This document shows positions 15,898 through 25,300 of a DNA stretch of 64,000 nucleotides, piece by piece (within the stretch, counting starts at the first letter, position 1; the number at the start of each line of letters is the position of its first letter). The DNA comes from a virus (taxonomy: Duplodnaviria > Caudoviricetes). Position numbers and translations under genes: made by a program. The stretch spans positions 32,001 through 96,000 of the IMG/VR virus record IMGVR_UViG_3300020463_000001; one strand, 5' to 3'. The notes beneath the pieces are model-generated. The model searched no databases, had not been told where the DNA came from, and was given only the letters and a program-made list of their open reading frames with translations.

Positions 15898-16440
15898 ATG
15901 AAATTTACGCTTCTGTTTGCCGTGGCGTTGGGAATATTTACACCCAATAAAGTGGCTACTAGTGTTCTGGATAGAGATGCATCAATTGAAGAAGAAGTTC
16001 GATGTCTTGCAGAGAACGTCTACTTTGAATCAAGAAATGAGAGTGTTATGGGACAAATCGCTGTCGCATATGTTACTCTCAATCGTGTTTTTGCACCAAA
16101 ACATCCAGACACTATTTGTGGCGTAGTCCGTCAGGGAGAATACAAAGAATCTTGGAAAACTAGGGCAACCAAAGATCCAAATGATGCGGTATTCATCCCT
16201 GTAAAGGACAGATGTCAATTTTCTTGGTACTGTGATGGTAAATCTGACAAAATACTTGATTTGACTGCATGGAAAAGTGCAGTCAATGTAGCCGCAATGG
16301 TTACAGTCGAGTACGGATCAGAACGACATAGTGATCCTACAGACGGAGCATTATGGTATCATGCAGACTATGTTCAATCCAAATTCCATTCTAAGTTGGT
16401 CTATACCACTAAGATTGGAACTCACATATTCTACCGATAG
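15898..16440 (+). CDS. SleB-like cell wall hydrolase (Hydrolase_2)
   Basis: CLAENVYFESRNE, AVAYVTLNRV, TICGVV, CQFSW, DPTDGALWYH, HIFY. Confidence 0.9.
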   Translation: MKFTLLFAVALGIFTPNKVATSVLDRDASIEEEVRCLAENVYFESRNESVMGQIAVAYVTLNRVFAPKHPDTICGVVRQGEYKESWKTRATKDPNDAVFIPVKDRCQFSWYCDGKSDKILDLTAWKSAVNVAAMVTVEYGSERHSDPTDGALWYHADYVQSKFHSKLVYTTKIGTHIFYR

Positions 16441-16452
16441 GAAAAAACTAGT

Positions 16453-16677
16453 ATGCTAAAGACTATGACTCAGAAAGAGTTCAGCGAAGAAATTGAAAAG
16501 TATGTAAAAATATCAAGAGAATCTTACATGGATTCCGTTATTATGTATTGTAAAGAGAATGATATGGACTATGAGAATATTAATTCTCTTATGAGTACGG
16601 TACTCAAACAAAAAATACAATTTGAGGCGGAAAACCTCAACATGATGGCAAAAACTGCTAATCAATTACCCCTGTGA
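16453..16677 (+). CDS. 33: late transcription co-activator gp33
   Basis: FSEEIEK..V....SYMDSVIMYC.EN...LKQKIQFEAENLN; position before gp59. Confidence 0.85.
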   Translation: MLKTMTQKEFSEEIEKYVKISRESYMDSVIMYCKENDMDYENINSLMSTVLKQKIQFEAENLNMMAKTANQLPL

Positions 16678-17378
16678 GGTCGGGTCTGGTCATGGCCAGC
16701 AGAAAAATGGATGATTTTGAATGTTATAAGATGTTTATAGCAATGAAAAATCATTTCTCCACAAAAAACGACTCCTATGATTACATAAAATATCGTGGAA
16801 GAGTCTCTATACCCGAAAATACCTACCTAAAACGAAAAGATCGTGCGATTTTCAAGGATTTGAGTAAAAAATACACTCGCAAAGAGTTGGAAAATTACTT
16901 TTTATCTGTATTTCTGTCTTCTAACGAAAATGGAACAGCAATTGCGAGAGGAGAATTCTTGAATTCTTCGGATTTACTCTCAGAAGAGACTCAAGATTAC
17001 TATAAACTCTGGAAAACGAGAAATCAGAGTCTTTCGTATCTGTTTGAGGAAGATTTTGGTAAAATTATGGACTCTGCTTTGGAAAATCAGTTAAATTTTA
17101 ACGAAATTTTCGAATGTATCGACGGAGATTATCCTTTGGTCATGCAAATGGAACGTAGAGGATTGATTTCTATTGAAACATTAGTGATTTTAGACAAAAT
17201 TCTCGATTTTTTGGACAATGTTAAGATACAGGATACGATATACTGGCCAATATACAAACGAAAGTGTAAAAAGTACTCAGGATTTTTAGTCATAAATAAT
17301 AAAACCTATACTAAAAAGGTGAGGAAAATACTAATAGAAGATTATTACGAAGAGTATGGTAAATCACTAGAGAAGTAA
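16674..17378 (+). CDS. 59: helicase loader gp59
   Basis: ECYKMFIAMKNHF...YDYIKYRG...KRKD..F..LSKKY. Confidence 0.88.
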   Translation: MRSGLVMASRKMDDFECYKMFIAMKNHFSTKNDSYDYIKYRGRVSIPENTYLKRKDRAIFKDLSKKYTRKELENYFLSVFLSSNENGTAIARGEFLNSSDLLSEETQDYYKLWKTRNQSLSYLFEEDFGKIMDSALENQLNFNEIFECIDGDYPLVMQMERRGLISIETLVILDKILDFLDNVKIQDTIYWPIYKRKCKKYSGFLVINNKTYTKKVRKILIEDYYEEYGKSLEK

Positions 17379-17379
17379 A

Positions 17380-18720
17380 ATGCATTTAGCAGTAATTACA
17401 CTTTTGTCGGCACTTGCAATCAGTGGAGTCGCCGCTTATTATTCTATATTTGGATTGGCAAAGATATTTTCTGCAGCCGTTCTTCCAATTATCATTATGG
17501 GTGTTGTTCTTGAGGTAGGTAAACTCGTAACTGCATCTTGGTTATACCGAAACTGGAAAACTTGTCCATTATTGCTCAAGAGTTACTTTGTAAGTGCGGT
17601 AGTAGTCTTGATGTTCATAACATCTATGGGCATATTCGGGTTCTTATCGTCTGCACACATAGAACAGACATTAGGGAATCAAGAGAATCAATCTAAGATA
17701 CTCAGAGTAGAAGAAGAAATTCAACGGACAGATTATCTTATTGACGCATCCGAGGCAAAGATAAAAGATCTAGAGACTGCGGACATAGATTTCTCTGATG
17801 GGATACAGAGTCAAATAGATAGAGAACAACAACGAATCGATACCGCATATGAACGTGCGGATCCCCAAATAAAATCTCAAATGGCTATTATCGAAAGAGA
17901 GAATGAGATAATCGAAAATAGAGTCAAACCCTACAGAGATGAAATTGCAAATATCGATTCTCGCGTAGAACAACTAGACGAAGCCATAAAAGAGAATAAC
18001 GTAAGAATAATCCAAAGAATTGTCGGTACTATTGTTGATGGTTCTTATGGAGAAGAAACTGCATCTAAAGTAGACTATTTCAGAGATCAACAATTAGAAG
18101 AAAGAGACAAACTTCTGGAAAAAATTGACGAACTAAGAAACAAGGATAATCAAAATGTAGACTCCGCAATGGATCAAATTGCAGATATAAGAGAAACTGT
18201 GCGTCAGGAGATAACTGACTCCAATGCTCTCATACAACGTCTTAGATCGCAACTGGGTGCGCCTGTGAACGATAATAAATTAGAGTTGGTTGCAGAACAA
18301 AGAAATATTATAGATACCTTAGAAGACAAACTGGACGATCTGAACCTAGAAAAATTTGATCTGGAAACCAGTTATCGACAACTGGAAGCAGAAGTCGGGC
18401 CAATTAAGTATATTGCAGAACTTGCTATTGGGAATAACGCATCAGAAGAAGCATTAGAGAACGCAGTCAAGTGGATAATACTTCTTATCGTATTTGTATT
18501 TGATCCTCTTGCGGTACTTCTTTTGATTGCCGCGAATATGAACTTGGTGCAAGTTAAGAATGCAAAACTCGTAGAAGGGGGCATACTTGCCCATGTTCCA
18601 GATTTTGATGATGCGGAAAATGTACTAATGAAAACCTCTGATGGATGGCAGAGGCTTGATAGAACAGAGAAACGTCGAAGAGATCTCAACGAAACTTTGA
18701 AAGAAAATAAAGAAACTTAA
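17380..18720 (+). CDS. membrane-anchored coiled-coil protein
   Basis: Three N-terminal TM segments (SIFGLAKIF, LEVGKLVTASWL, ITSMGIFGFLS), long coiled coil, C-terminal TM (IVFVFDPLAVLLLIA). Confidence 0.8.
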   Translation: MHLAVITLLSALAISGVAAYYSIFGLAKIFSAAVLPIIIMGVVLEVGKLVTASWLYRNWKTCPLLLKSYFVSAVVVLMFITSMGIFGFLSSAHIEQTLGNQENQSKILRVEEEIQRTDYLIDASEAKIKDLETADIDFSDGIQSQIDREQQRIDTAYERADPQIKSQMAIIERENEIIENRVKPYRDEIANIDSRVEQLDEAIKENNVRIIQRIVGTIVDGSYGEETASKVDYFRDQQLEERDKLLEKIDELRNKDNQNVDSAMDQIADIRETVRQEITDSNALIQRLRSQLGAPVNDNKLELVAEQRNIIDTLEDKLDDLNLEKFDLETSYRQLEAEVGPIKYIAELAIGNNASEEALENAVKWIILLIVFVFDPLAVLLLIAANMNLVQVKNAKLVEGGILAHVPDFDDAENVLMKTSDGWQRLDRTEKRRRDLNETLKENKET

Positions 18721-18734
18721 GGAGAAATTATATT

Positions 18735-18959
18735 ATGCCAATAAAATATCAGAAAAGCGCGACAAACGTGAATCGACAAACAAAAAAGAAAACAATAAAA
18801 CATTATTATATGAAGAGCCTCAGCAAAGATGAGGTTTTGGACAAATACTATACAGCAAATAAACCGAAACTAAAACAAAAATTCCGAAATGAGTTAATCT
18901 CAAAGCGGGGTTTCACACAAGAATCTCTTCAACTTGCGGAAGCAAGTAGGGATAATTAG
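18735..18959 (+). CDS. hypothetical protein (MPIKYQKS...HYYMK)
   Basis: AAGGAG SD; upstream of gp32. Confidence 0.75.
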   Translation: MPIKYQKSATNVNRQTKKKTIKHYYMKSLSKDEVLDKYYTANKPKLKQKFRNELISKRGFTQESLQLAEASRDN

Positions 18960-18962
18960 TAG

Positions 18963-18991
18963 TTGACAAACCAATATTACTTTGGTATGAT
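18963..18991 (+). promoter_or_regulatory. sigma70 promoter TTGACA-17-TATGAT for gene 32
   Basis: Consensus with an extended -10 TG. Confidence 0.75.
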
Positions 18992-19053
18992 ACTACACAA
19001 TATCATAATGATGATATTAACATACAAAAATACTACGAATATAAGGAAATATA

Positions 19054-19959
19054 ATGTCGAATGCATTCGCAAAACTCAAAAAAGGAAAGGACTTCAGCAA
19101 GCTCACTGCTGAGTTAGAGAAGATCCAATCCCCCCAACAAACTTCTTCCAACAGGGATGATCGTTTCTGGAAGCCAACTACAGACAAAACCGGAAATGGT
19201 TATGCTGTAATCCGTTTCTTGCCGCCTCCTGCGGATGAAGATTTGCCTTGGGTTCGCGTCTTTACTCATGGGTTCAAAGGCCCAGGCGGTTGGTTCATTG
19301 AGAACTCTTTGACAACCTTGGGTAAGAAGTGCCCTGTCAGTGAAGCAAACACTGAATTGTGGAACACTGGAACTACGGAAAACCAAAACCTTGCGAGAGA
19401 ACGCAAGCGTAAGTTGAAGTATTTCTCAAACATCTATGTGGTGAGTGATCCCGCTCATCCAGAAAATGAAGGTAAGGTATTCTTATACCAGTTTGGTAAA
19501 AAGATCTTTGATAAGGTCTCTGACATCATGCAGCCTGCGTTTGAGGATGAAGAACCTACAAACCCATTTGATTTATGGGAAGGTGCGAACTTCAAGTTGA
19601 AGATTCGAACTGTAGACGGTTATATCAACTATGACAAGTCTGAGTTTGACTCTGTTAGTGCATTGTCTGATGATGATGAGGAATTAGAAGCAGTTTTTAA
19701 CAAAGAGTATTCTTTGCAAGAGTTTGTTTCTCCTGATTCATTCAAGACTTATGAACAGTTAAAGGAACGTCTTGATAGAGTTCTTGGTACTGTATCTGTG
19801 ACTAGGACTGCTGCAGAGGATATGGTTGAAGACACAATGGAAGTTCCATTCGCTGTCGAAACTCCGGCTCCTGCTCCTGCTAGGGAAAAGGTCGCAACCA
19901 TAGAAGATGAGGAAGATGATGCCTTATCTTACTTTGAGAAGTTAGCAAACGAGGATTAA
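19054..19959 (+). CDS. 32: single-stranded DNA-binding protein gp32
   Basis: DDRFWKP..DKTGNGYAVIRFLP, HGFKGPGGWFIENSLTT, FGKKIFDK, PFDLWEGANFKLKI, acidic tail. Confidence 0.97.
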   Translation: MSNAFAKLKKGKDFSKLTAELEKIQSPQQTSSNRDDRFWKPTTDKTGNGYAVIRFLPPPADEDLPWVRVFTHGFKGPGGWFIENSLTTLGKKCPVSEANTELWNTGTTENQNLARERKRKLKYFSNIYVVSDPAHPENEGKVFLYQFGKKIFDKVSDIMQPAFEDEEPTNPFDLWEGANFKLKIRTVDGYINYDKSEFDSVSALSDDDEELEAVFNKEYSLQEFVSPDSFKTYEQLKERLDRVLGTVSVTRTAAEDMVEDTMEVPFAVETPAPAPAREKVATIEDEEDDALSYFEKLANED

Positions 19960-19968
19960 TATCTCTCA

Positions 19969-19998
19969 GGGGCGAGGAAACTCGCCCCATTCTTTCTT
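19969..19998 (+). terminator. rho-independent terminator after gene 32
   Basis: GGGGCGAG/CTCGCCCC stem followed by a T-rich tail. Confidence 0.75.
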
Positions 19999-20000
19999 GC

Positions 20001-20085
20001 GGCGGGGTTCCCGAGCGGTCAAAGGGATCAGACTGTAAATCTGACGGCTATGCCTTCGAAGGTTCGAATCCTTCCCCCGCCACCA
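20001..20085 (+). tRNA. tRNA-Tyr (GTA)
   Basis: GGCGGGG/CCCCGCC acceptor stem, TCAGA-ctgtaaa-TCTGA, long variable arm, TTCGAAT, CCA. Confidence 0.96.
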
Positions 20086-20087
20086 TC

Positions 20088-20267
20088 TTATCCCTTCTTA
20101 TAAATCTTATAAGCACCATACAGAATCGCTGCGTATGCAATGTACGCAACAATAGATTTAACAAACAATACTGCAACGCCGGCGGCGATTAATACTGCTC
20201 CATCCCATGTAGAAGCTTCTCCTACTTTCTCTTTCAGTTTTGCTTTTAGATATTCTAATTGTAACAT
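20088..20267 (-). CDS. small membrane protein, holin-like
   Basis: AAGGAG SD before ATG 20267; EASTWDG motif followed by two TM helices. Confidence 0.55.
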   Translation of the reverse strand: MLQLEYLKAKLKEKVGEASTWDGAVLIAAGVAVLFVKSIVAYIAYAAILYGAYKIYKKG

Positions 20268-20277
20268 AAGATTCTCC

Positions 20278-22752
20278 TTATACTGCACCGGATAGTGCTG
20301 AGTTGATTTTGTTAAAGCTGTTTTCAGTATTGTATGCTTTTGTTGGAATTACAGTACTGCTTGAATTTGATACATTATTGTTAGTAACATTTGACAGATT
20401 ATTGAGTATGGGACTGATATTGGTCGCTGCAACTTTTTCTATCGCGTTCTCCTTCATGGTCATCGCGGCCGCATTCTTCATTCCGGCCGAAGGTGAACTT
20501 ATATTTCCTAATTCTTGCGTAGGAGCCCCAGAAACTTGTTGCATGGGTGTGGATTCTCTAGCAGGAATAACTGCACCCCCACTGTCTCCAACACTCTGAG
20601 AAGAACTCTGTGTTCCTTGAGCGAGTTCTGTGGGTATGATCGATACATTTGCGTTCTCAGGAGAAGATAAATCTGGTGAAATTCCTGTTACATTTTGGTT
20701 CACTGGGGTACTGGATCCATCTACAGAAACTCCATCTCTTATCGCAGTAACATTTTCTTGATTAGTATTTTCTGTTGTCGCTGGAGTTATATTTGATTGG
20801 GGTTCGTCATCTCCGCCGAAACCCAGAAAGTTTGATACACTATCTCCCACATTACCTATAGCATCTCCTACTTTTCCTGCAACTTCTTTTCCTGTTTCTA
20901 GTGCCTTTTGTGCTCCATCTTTTATATTATTTCCGACATTTTTTACGGCGTCCACGGGGCCCTTAATAATACCTAATACTTTTTCTACTAAGTTGCTAAA
21001 AAATTCTTTGATAGAATCAAATGCGGAACTTATCGCCCCGCTGACTTTTTCTGGAATTGATGAAATAAATTCACCAATCTTTTGAGGAAAATCTGAAGTT
21101 ATAAACGCAACTGCGGCAGCAATTCCAGCGCCTACTGCCATTATTTTTAATGCAACTGGACTGAACAACATAGAAAGAACTCTAGGAATTCCCATCAAAA
21201 ATCTCAAAACTCCCTTAAACATACCAATGCCACCGGCAATTGATTCAAATGCCCCCTTACTTTCTTCTCTTGATTCTTCTGCACTCTCTATCGAATCTTC
21301 TAGAAGAGATGATTGTTTTCTTTCTACTCGTAAATTTGCTTGGTCAGATCTCTTTTTTTCTCTTTGAGTTTCTATTGCACTGAGTTCTCCTTCCGATTGT
21401 TGAGACCCCAAATATTCTAATAAATCTCGTATCTCTTGAAGAAAGGGGGAACTCACAGGTACTTCAGAATCTCCGGAAGATTCTTCTGTTCTAACTGGTG
21501 TTATTTGTGGAACCTCAGACGAAGATTCTATTGTTTCTCTAGTGATACTTTGCTCGCCCGCAGCACCAGCGACAGTTTCTCTAGAAATATCAGACACATT
21601 GGATATATTATTATCTGCTCCTTCTCTGATAGTTGATACTTGAGAGGTATCTATAGTATTACTTTGTTCGCCCGGAGCTCCTGTAATAGTTTCTCTAATA
21701 GTTGATACTTGAGAGGTATCTATAGTATTACTTTGTTCGCCCGGAGCTCCTGTAATAGTTTCTCTAGAAGTATCAGAGACATTGGATACATTATTGTCTG
21801 CCCCTTCTCTTGTAGATGATATTCGAGTTGTGTCTGTAGATTGCCCAGAAATTTGAGTTATATCTGGCGCAGTTTGATTTGTTATTTGATTTACCTCTGC
21901 CGAGTCTGCTTCAATTTCTGTTATAGGAGAAACTCTTTCTTGGTCTGTAGGTTGCAAATCTAATCCTACACTGTCTCTCAGTTCCTGTATCCTTTTTTGT
22001 TCCGCTTGGGCGTTTTCTCTTTGTTCTTTTGCAATCTTGGATTGTTCTATAATTCTGTCTCTTTCTTCATTATAGATTTGTTCTCTGGTCTTATTAGCCT
22101 CTTCTGCCTTCTTTTGTATATCTTCTTCGGAGAGATTTAATTTATTTTGGACATCAGATTCTGAAATCTGTTCTCTCAGAATTCTTCTTTCTTCTGAATC
22201 AATTCTTTCCTGCTCTCTAAAAAGTTCTCTTTGTTTTTCTCTAATTTCTTTTTCTTGACGTTTCTTCTTTCTGAAATTTCGGAACGCAACTACCCCCTTT
22301 CTTACACTATCGCCCAAGAATTTAACTCCTAACGCAAGGATAGGACTATCGGAAACCACACCAGCGACTACCGCACTAATATTAGTTACGCCTTCAGTGA
22401 GAGTATCTGTAATCTTTGCGCCGACATCATTCATCAACGAAGAATCCGATTTAACTCGTTGGTCATGCATTTGGATTAGTGATTGAAATCTTTGTTTGTC
22501 AGAATCCCCGACTTCTTTGGAGTCTCCAATTAACTTTGCAATATTCGCCATTTCCTTTCTACTGGCTCTGCGCTCTTTTGCGTCCATGTCTCCCTGTTTT
22601 GATATCAGTTCTGATACTTGTCGCAGAGCCTCATTTGTGGTATTGGATTCCATTTCGCCAGAGGCTTTGTCTAGACTCTCAGACAGACCCCGATAGTCCA
22701 TATTTACGGATTCTAATTTATCGATTACTGAGTCTAGACTTGCTTCAGCCAT
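20278..22752 (-). CDS. gp29-like baseplate hub / tape-measure protein
   Basis: Coiled coil, low-complexity and amphipathic segments; lies downstream of gp26/gp51. Confidence 0.55.
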   Translation of the reverse strand: MAEASLDSVIDKLESVNMDYRGLSESLDKASGEMESNTTNEALRQVSELISKQGDMDAKERRASRKEMANIAKLIGDSKEVGDSDKQRFQSLIQMHDQRVKSDSSLMNDVGAKITDTLTEGVTNISAVVAGVVSDSPILALGVKFLGDSVRKGVVAFRNFRKKKRQEKEIREKQRELFREQERIDSEERRILREQISESDVQNKLNLSEEDIQKKAEEANKTREQIYNEERDRIIEQSKIAKEQRENAQAEQKRIQELRDSVGLDLQPTDQERVSPITEIEADSAEVNQITNQTAPDITQISGQSTDTTRISSTREGADNNVSNVSDTSRETITGAPGEQSNTIDTSQVSTIRETITGAPGEQSNTIDTSQVSTIREGADNNISNVSDISRETVAGAAGEQSITRETIESSSEVPQITPVRTEESSGDSEVPVSSPFLQEIRDLLEYLGSQQSEGELSAIETQREKKRSDQANLRVERKQSSLLEDSIESAEESREESKGAFESIAGGIGMFKGVLRFLMGIPRVLSMLFSPVALKIMAVGAGIAAAVAFITSDFPQKIGEFISSIPEKVSGAISSAFDSIKEFFSNLVEKVLGIIKGPVDAVKNVGNNIKDGAQKALETGKEVAGKVGDAIGNVGDSVSNFLGFGGDDEPQSNITPATTENTNQENVTAIRDGVSVDGSSTPVNQNVTGISPDLSSPENANVSIIPTELAQGTQSSSQSVGDSGGAVIPARESTPMQQVSGAPTQELGNISSPSAGMKNAAAMTMKENAIEKVAATNISPILNNLSNVTNNNVSNSSSTVIPTKAYNTENSFNKINSALSGAV
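21629..21766 (-). repeat. two perfect 69-nt tandem copies (RETITGAPGEQSNTIDTSQVSTI)
   Basis: Period 69 nt (21629 vs 21698); degenerate flanking copies. Confidence 0.9.
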
Positions 22753-23072
22753 TATTTTTCGCCGTTAAAGGATTTGTTTGATTTACTTGTTCCGGCATAC
22801 AGACCAAACCAGGCAGCACCCGCCCCAACAATCACTGAGATAAGACCGGATTGTTCCATAGATGGTGCTGGAAGATCCATATACCAAAGAACTGTTTTGT
22901 ATAATAAGAATATATATACAGATAAGAATAATCTTGGAAAAATTCTCCAAGCATCTACTGCAGCAGCAAGATGAATCATTTTTTTGTATGGATTACTTCC
23001 GCTGTTTACTGTATCTGTGTCAATTTCTAGATCTATTTTAACTTTTTTTGTTAAAGGTTTTTCTACTGCCAT
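22752..23072 (-). CDS. 2-TM membrane protein (DAWRIFPR), possible holin
   Basis: Two hydrophobic helices and charged termini. Confidence 0.55.
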   Translation of the reverse strand: MAVEKPLTKKVKIDLEIDTDTVNSGSNPYKKMIHLAAAVDAWRIFPRLFLSVYIFLLYKTVLWYMDLPAPSMEQSGLISVIVGAGAAWFGLYAGTSKSNKSFNGEK

Positions 23073-23081
23073 AATAATTTC

Positions 23082-23243
23082 CTATTTTTTCATTCTATCT
23101 TTTTCTTCTTGTAGATAGTTCAAGAGCATTGATACATAGATTTCTCTTTCCCACGGCATCATGTTCTCTAATTCTGTCAGACTATATTTATGGTGTTGCA
23201 TCAATGCGAAGTTCGTCTGATAGAGAGAATATAATGTTTCATG
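23082..23243 (-). CDS. 51: gp51-like baseplate hub assembly protein frame (first ATG at 23201; possibly reached by -1 frameshift)
   Basis: HETLYSLYQTNFALMQHHKYSLTELENMMPWEREIYV..L..YL.EE; absent from the ORF track. Confidence 0.8.
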   Translation of the reverse strand, partial: HETLYSLYQTNFALMQHHKYSLTELENMMPWEREIYVSMLLNYLQEEKDRMKK

Positions 23244-23251
23244 ATATAAAC

Positions 23252-23983
23252 CTATACGAAAAAATCGGTGATTCCTCGTAGTTTAAAGGTATTTGTCCAT
23301 CCACAATCAGGACATTTCACAACTGCATCAGTTACGCACTGAGGCATAGTCTCAAAAAAAGTATTTATCTTCTGAAACTGCATTTGCGACAAAGATTCTA
23401 GAAATTCAGAAACTTCTTCATCATTAGAATCCGCAATATCATAAACTTCATCGCCATCATAGATATATTCGATACAATTTTTTAACATTTTCATTGTATC
23501 TTCAAATGTATTCAGATTCTGAACACCCTTAAGGATTTTAAAATCTGGATACTTCATTATCACACCAATAGTATCTGTTAAATCAATTCTATTTGTATGA
23601 TCCTCATTATTTTCAATTTCAACATTGTCGAGATTGATATCAAATCTAACATCTTTCTCAGTAGTTGATCCGTCTTCGGAACCAGCCGGACAGTCATGTT
23701 TATAATTTAACTGTACGATGTTTCCTACAGACTTACTACGAATGTTGACAAACAAATACTCTATATCAAATGTCGCAAGACTTTCAATCTTTACGCCTTT
23801 GGTAATAATGCAGTTCGCAATAATTTGTTTTGCTGCATCTACTTGTTCTTCAACATCGTCTCCTTCGTTAGCCATCAATAGAATCTTTTCTTCCCTAACC
23901 AAAAAAGGTCTAAACTTGATTTTTTTCTTGGTTGACGGAATTGTAAGATTATAAGTTGGCGTATCTAACTTAGGTAGAGCCAT
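23252..23983 (-). CDS. 26: baseplate hub subunit gp26
   Basis: MALPKLDTPTY.LTIPSTKKKIKFRPFLVREEKILL, DIEYLFVNIRSKSVG, VIMKYP, C-terminal CPDC. Confidence 0.92.
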   Translation of the reverse strand: MALPKLDTPTYNLTIPSTKKKIKFRPFLVREEKILLMANEGDDVEEQVDAAKQIIANCIITKGVKIESLATFDIEYLFVNIRSKSVGNIVQLNYKHDCPAGSEDGSTTEKDVRFDINLDNVEIENNEDHTNRIDLTDTIGVIMKYPDFKILKGVQNLNTFEDTMKMLKNCIEYIYDGDEVYDIADSNDEEVSEFLESLSQMQFQKINTFFETMPQCVTDAVVKCPDCGWTNTFKLRGITDFFV

Positions 23984-24022
23984 TCTAATCTCCTATAATA
24001 AAAAATAAGTCACTACTATTAT

Positions 24023-24688
24023 TTAGTCTGACTTTCTCCACTTGCGATATGCCATTGTGACAGGTAAACTTGCAATTTCTTCTGATGCGTATGCGTAGGT
24101 TATCTGTCCAATAGAAATCGGGTATGCCTCTTCAAAGGTCACAGAATAATTTGAAAAGTGTTCTAGTCCTTTATCTTCTAAACTTCCAAGTGTTTGTTTA
24201 ACTTTATCTGTTGTAGACTGAGATTCATTTTGATTTGAAGTTCTATCATATGAGTAGAATGTACAGTCTTTGACGATATCATCGTAGTATGACACATATG
24301 CAGTTTTATAACTTATCGCCAAATCCATCCATGCACTGAAGAAATCTCTTTCTTTCAAATTTTTACTTAAATATACATTGAATGACAAATCTTCATATAT
24401 CATTCCGTATGCGGATTTTCTTGGTGGGCCATAATATTGAACTTCTTCTGTAGCGAGTTGTTTGCCAGGCAGTTCTAGATTATCAATCCTTAGAGTCAAG
24501 TTTTCTGTCATTCCATCTCTAAGAGTAGATGGAAGTCCATCTGGATACGGTATACTTAATGCATAAGTATTGGGTATTAATAAGTCATTAGATACTCTAG
24601 AAGTAAAATTGTCTATACTAAATTTTCCTCCTCTTTTGAGGATAGTACCTCCGTAAAGGTTACTACTTGTTGGTGAATTCCCTGCCAT
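24023..24688 (-). CDS. 54: tail tube initiator gp54-like
   Basis: LELPGK, FFSAWMD, FEEAYPISIG, VTMAYRKW (gp19/gp54 fold). Confidence 0.75.
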   Translation of the reverse strand: MAGNSPTSSNLYGGTILKRGGKFSIDNFTSRVSNDLLIPNTYALSIPYPDGLPSTLRDGMTENLTLRIDNLELPGKQLATEEVQYYGPPRKSAYGMIYEDLSFNVYLSKNLKERDFFSAWMDLAISYKTAYVSYYDDIVKDCTFYSYDRTSNQNESQSTTDKVKQTLGSLEDKGLEHFSNYSVTFEEAYPISIGQITYAYASEEIASLPVTMAYRKWRKSD

Positions 24689-24690
24689 TC

Positions 24691-25287
24691 TTATCCTCTC
24701 GCGGAATCAGACCAGACTTTACTCGCGCTGGCCTTTTTGAATCTTTGTACTGGAAGGAATATTGCAATATCCCATTCATTTGCGTCTATCGTCACAAAAC
24801 TACTTCTCATATTATTGTATAAGTATCTTTTAATGCATGGTTTAATTGTACTGAACTTACTTGCACCCTGTAAGACTCTGTATGATAAAGCAAGTCTAGT
24901 AGTGGAGTCGTAGTTTTTATTTGTAGCAATATTACTCAGACTATTCATGATCAACATTCTGTTTCTAGGAGATACATAATGCAAATTCATCCCCAGAAAT
25001 CCTCTAGGGAAGTAATCCACTGCGAATATCAACGGAAACTCATCGTAGTACGGCAATTTGTCCTTAAACTTCGGATCGTAATTATAGAAATACATTTTTC
25101 CTATCTGTGGAGTTGCTGCCTTTCTATCTGAGTCAGATAAAAGACTTCTCCTACCCGGCTGTCGGGACAATGCACTTGTTACTGCACTCTGTCTCACCTT
25201 TTTGCTAAACCACTCTCTAGCCGCCGATGAGTTCGGTTGTATACCCTTCTGGGCCAGTCGTTTGAGTAGTGGTCTAAAGTCTGCCAT
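24691..25287 (-). CDS. 2: DNA end protector protein gp2
   Basis: IGKMYFYNYDPKFKDKLPYYDEFPLI, FLGMNLHY, CIKRYL, W..AIFLP..RF. Confidence 0.93.
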   Translation of the reverse strand: MADFRPLLKRLAQKGIQPNSSAAREWFSKKVRQSAVTSALSRQPGRRSLLSDSDRKAATPQIGKMYFYNYDPKFKDKLPYYDEFPLIFAVDYFPRGFLGMNLHYVSPRNRMLIMNSLSNIATNKNYDSTTRLALSYRVLQGASKFSTIKPCIKRYLYNNMRSSFVTIDANEWDIAIFLPVQRFKKASASKVWSDSARG

Positions 25288-25300
25288 GTTCTATTTATGT

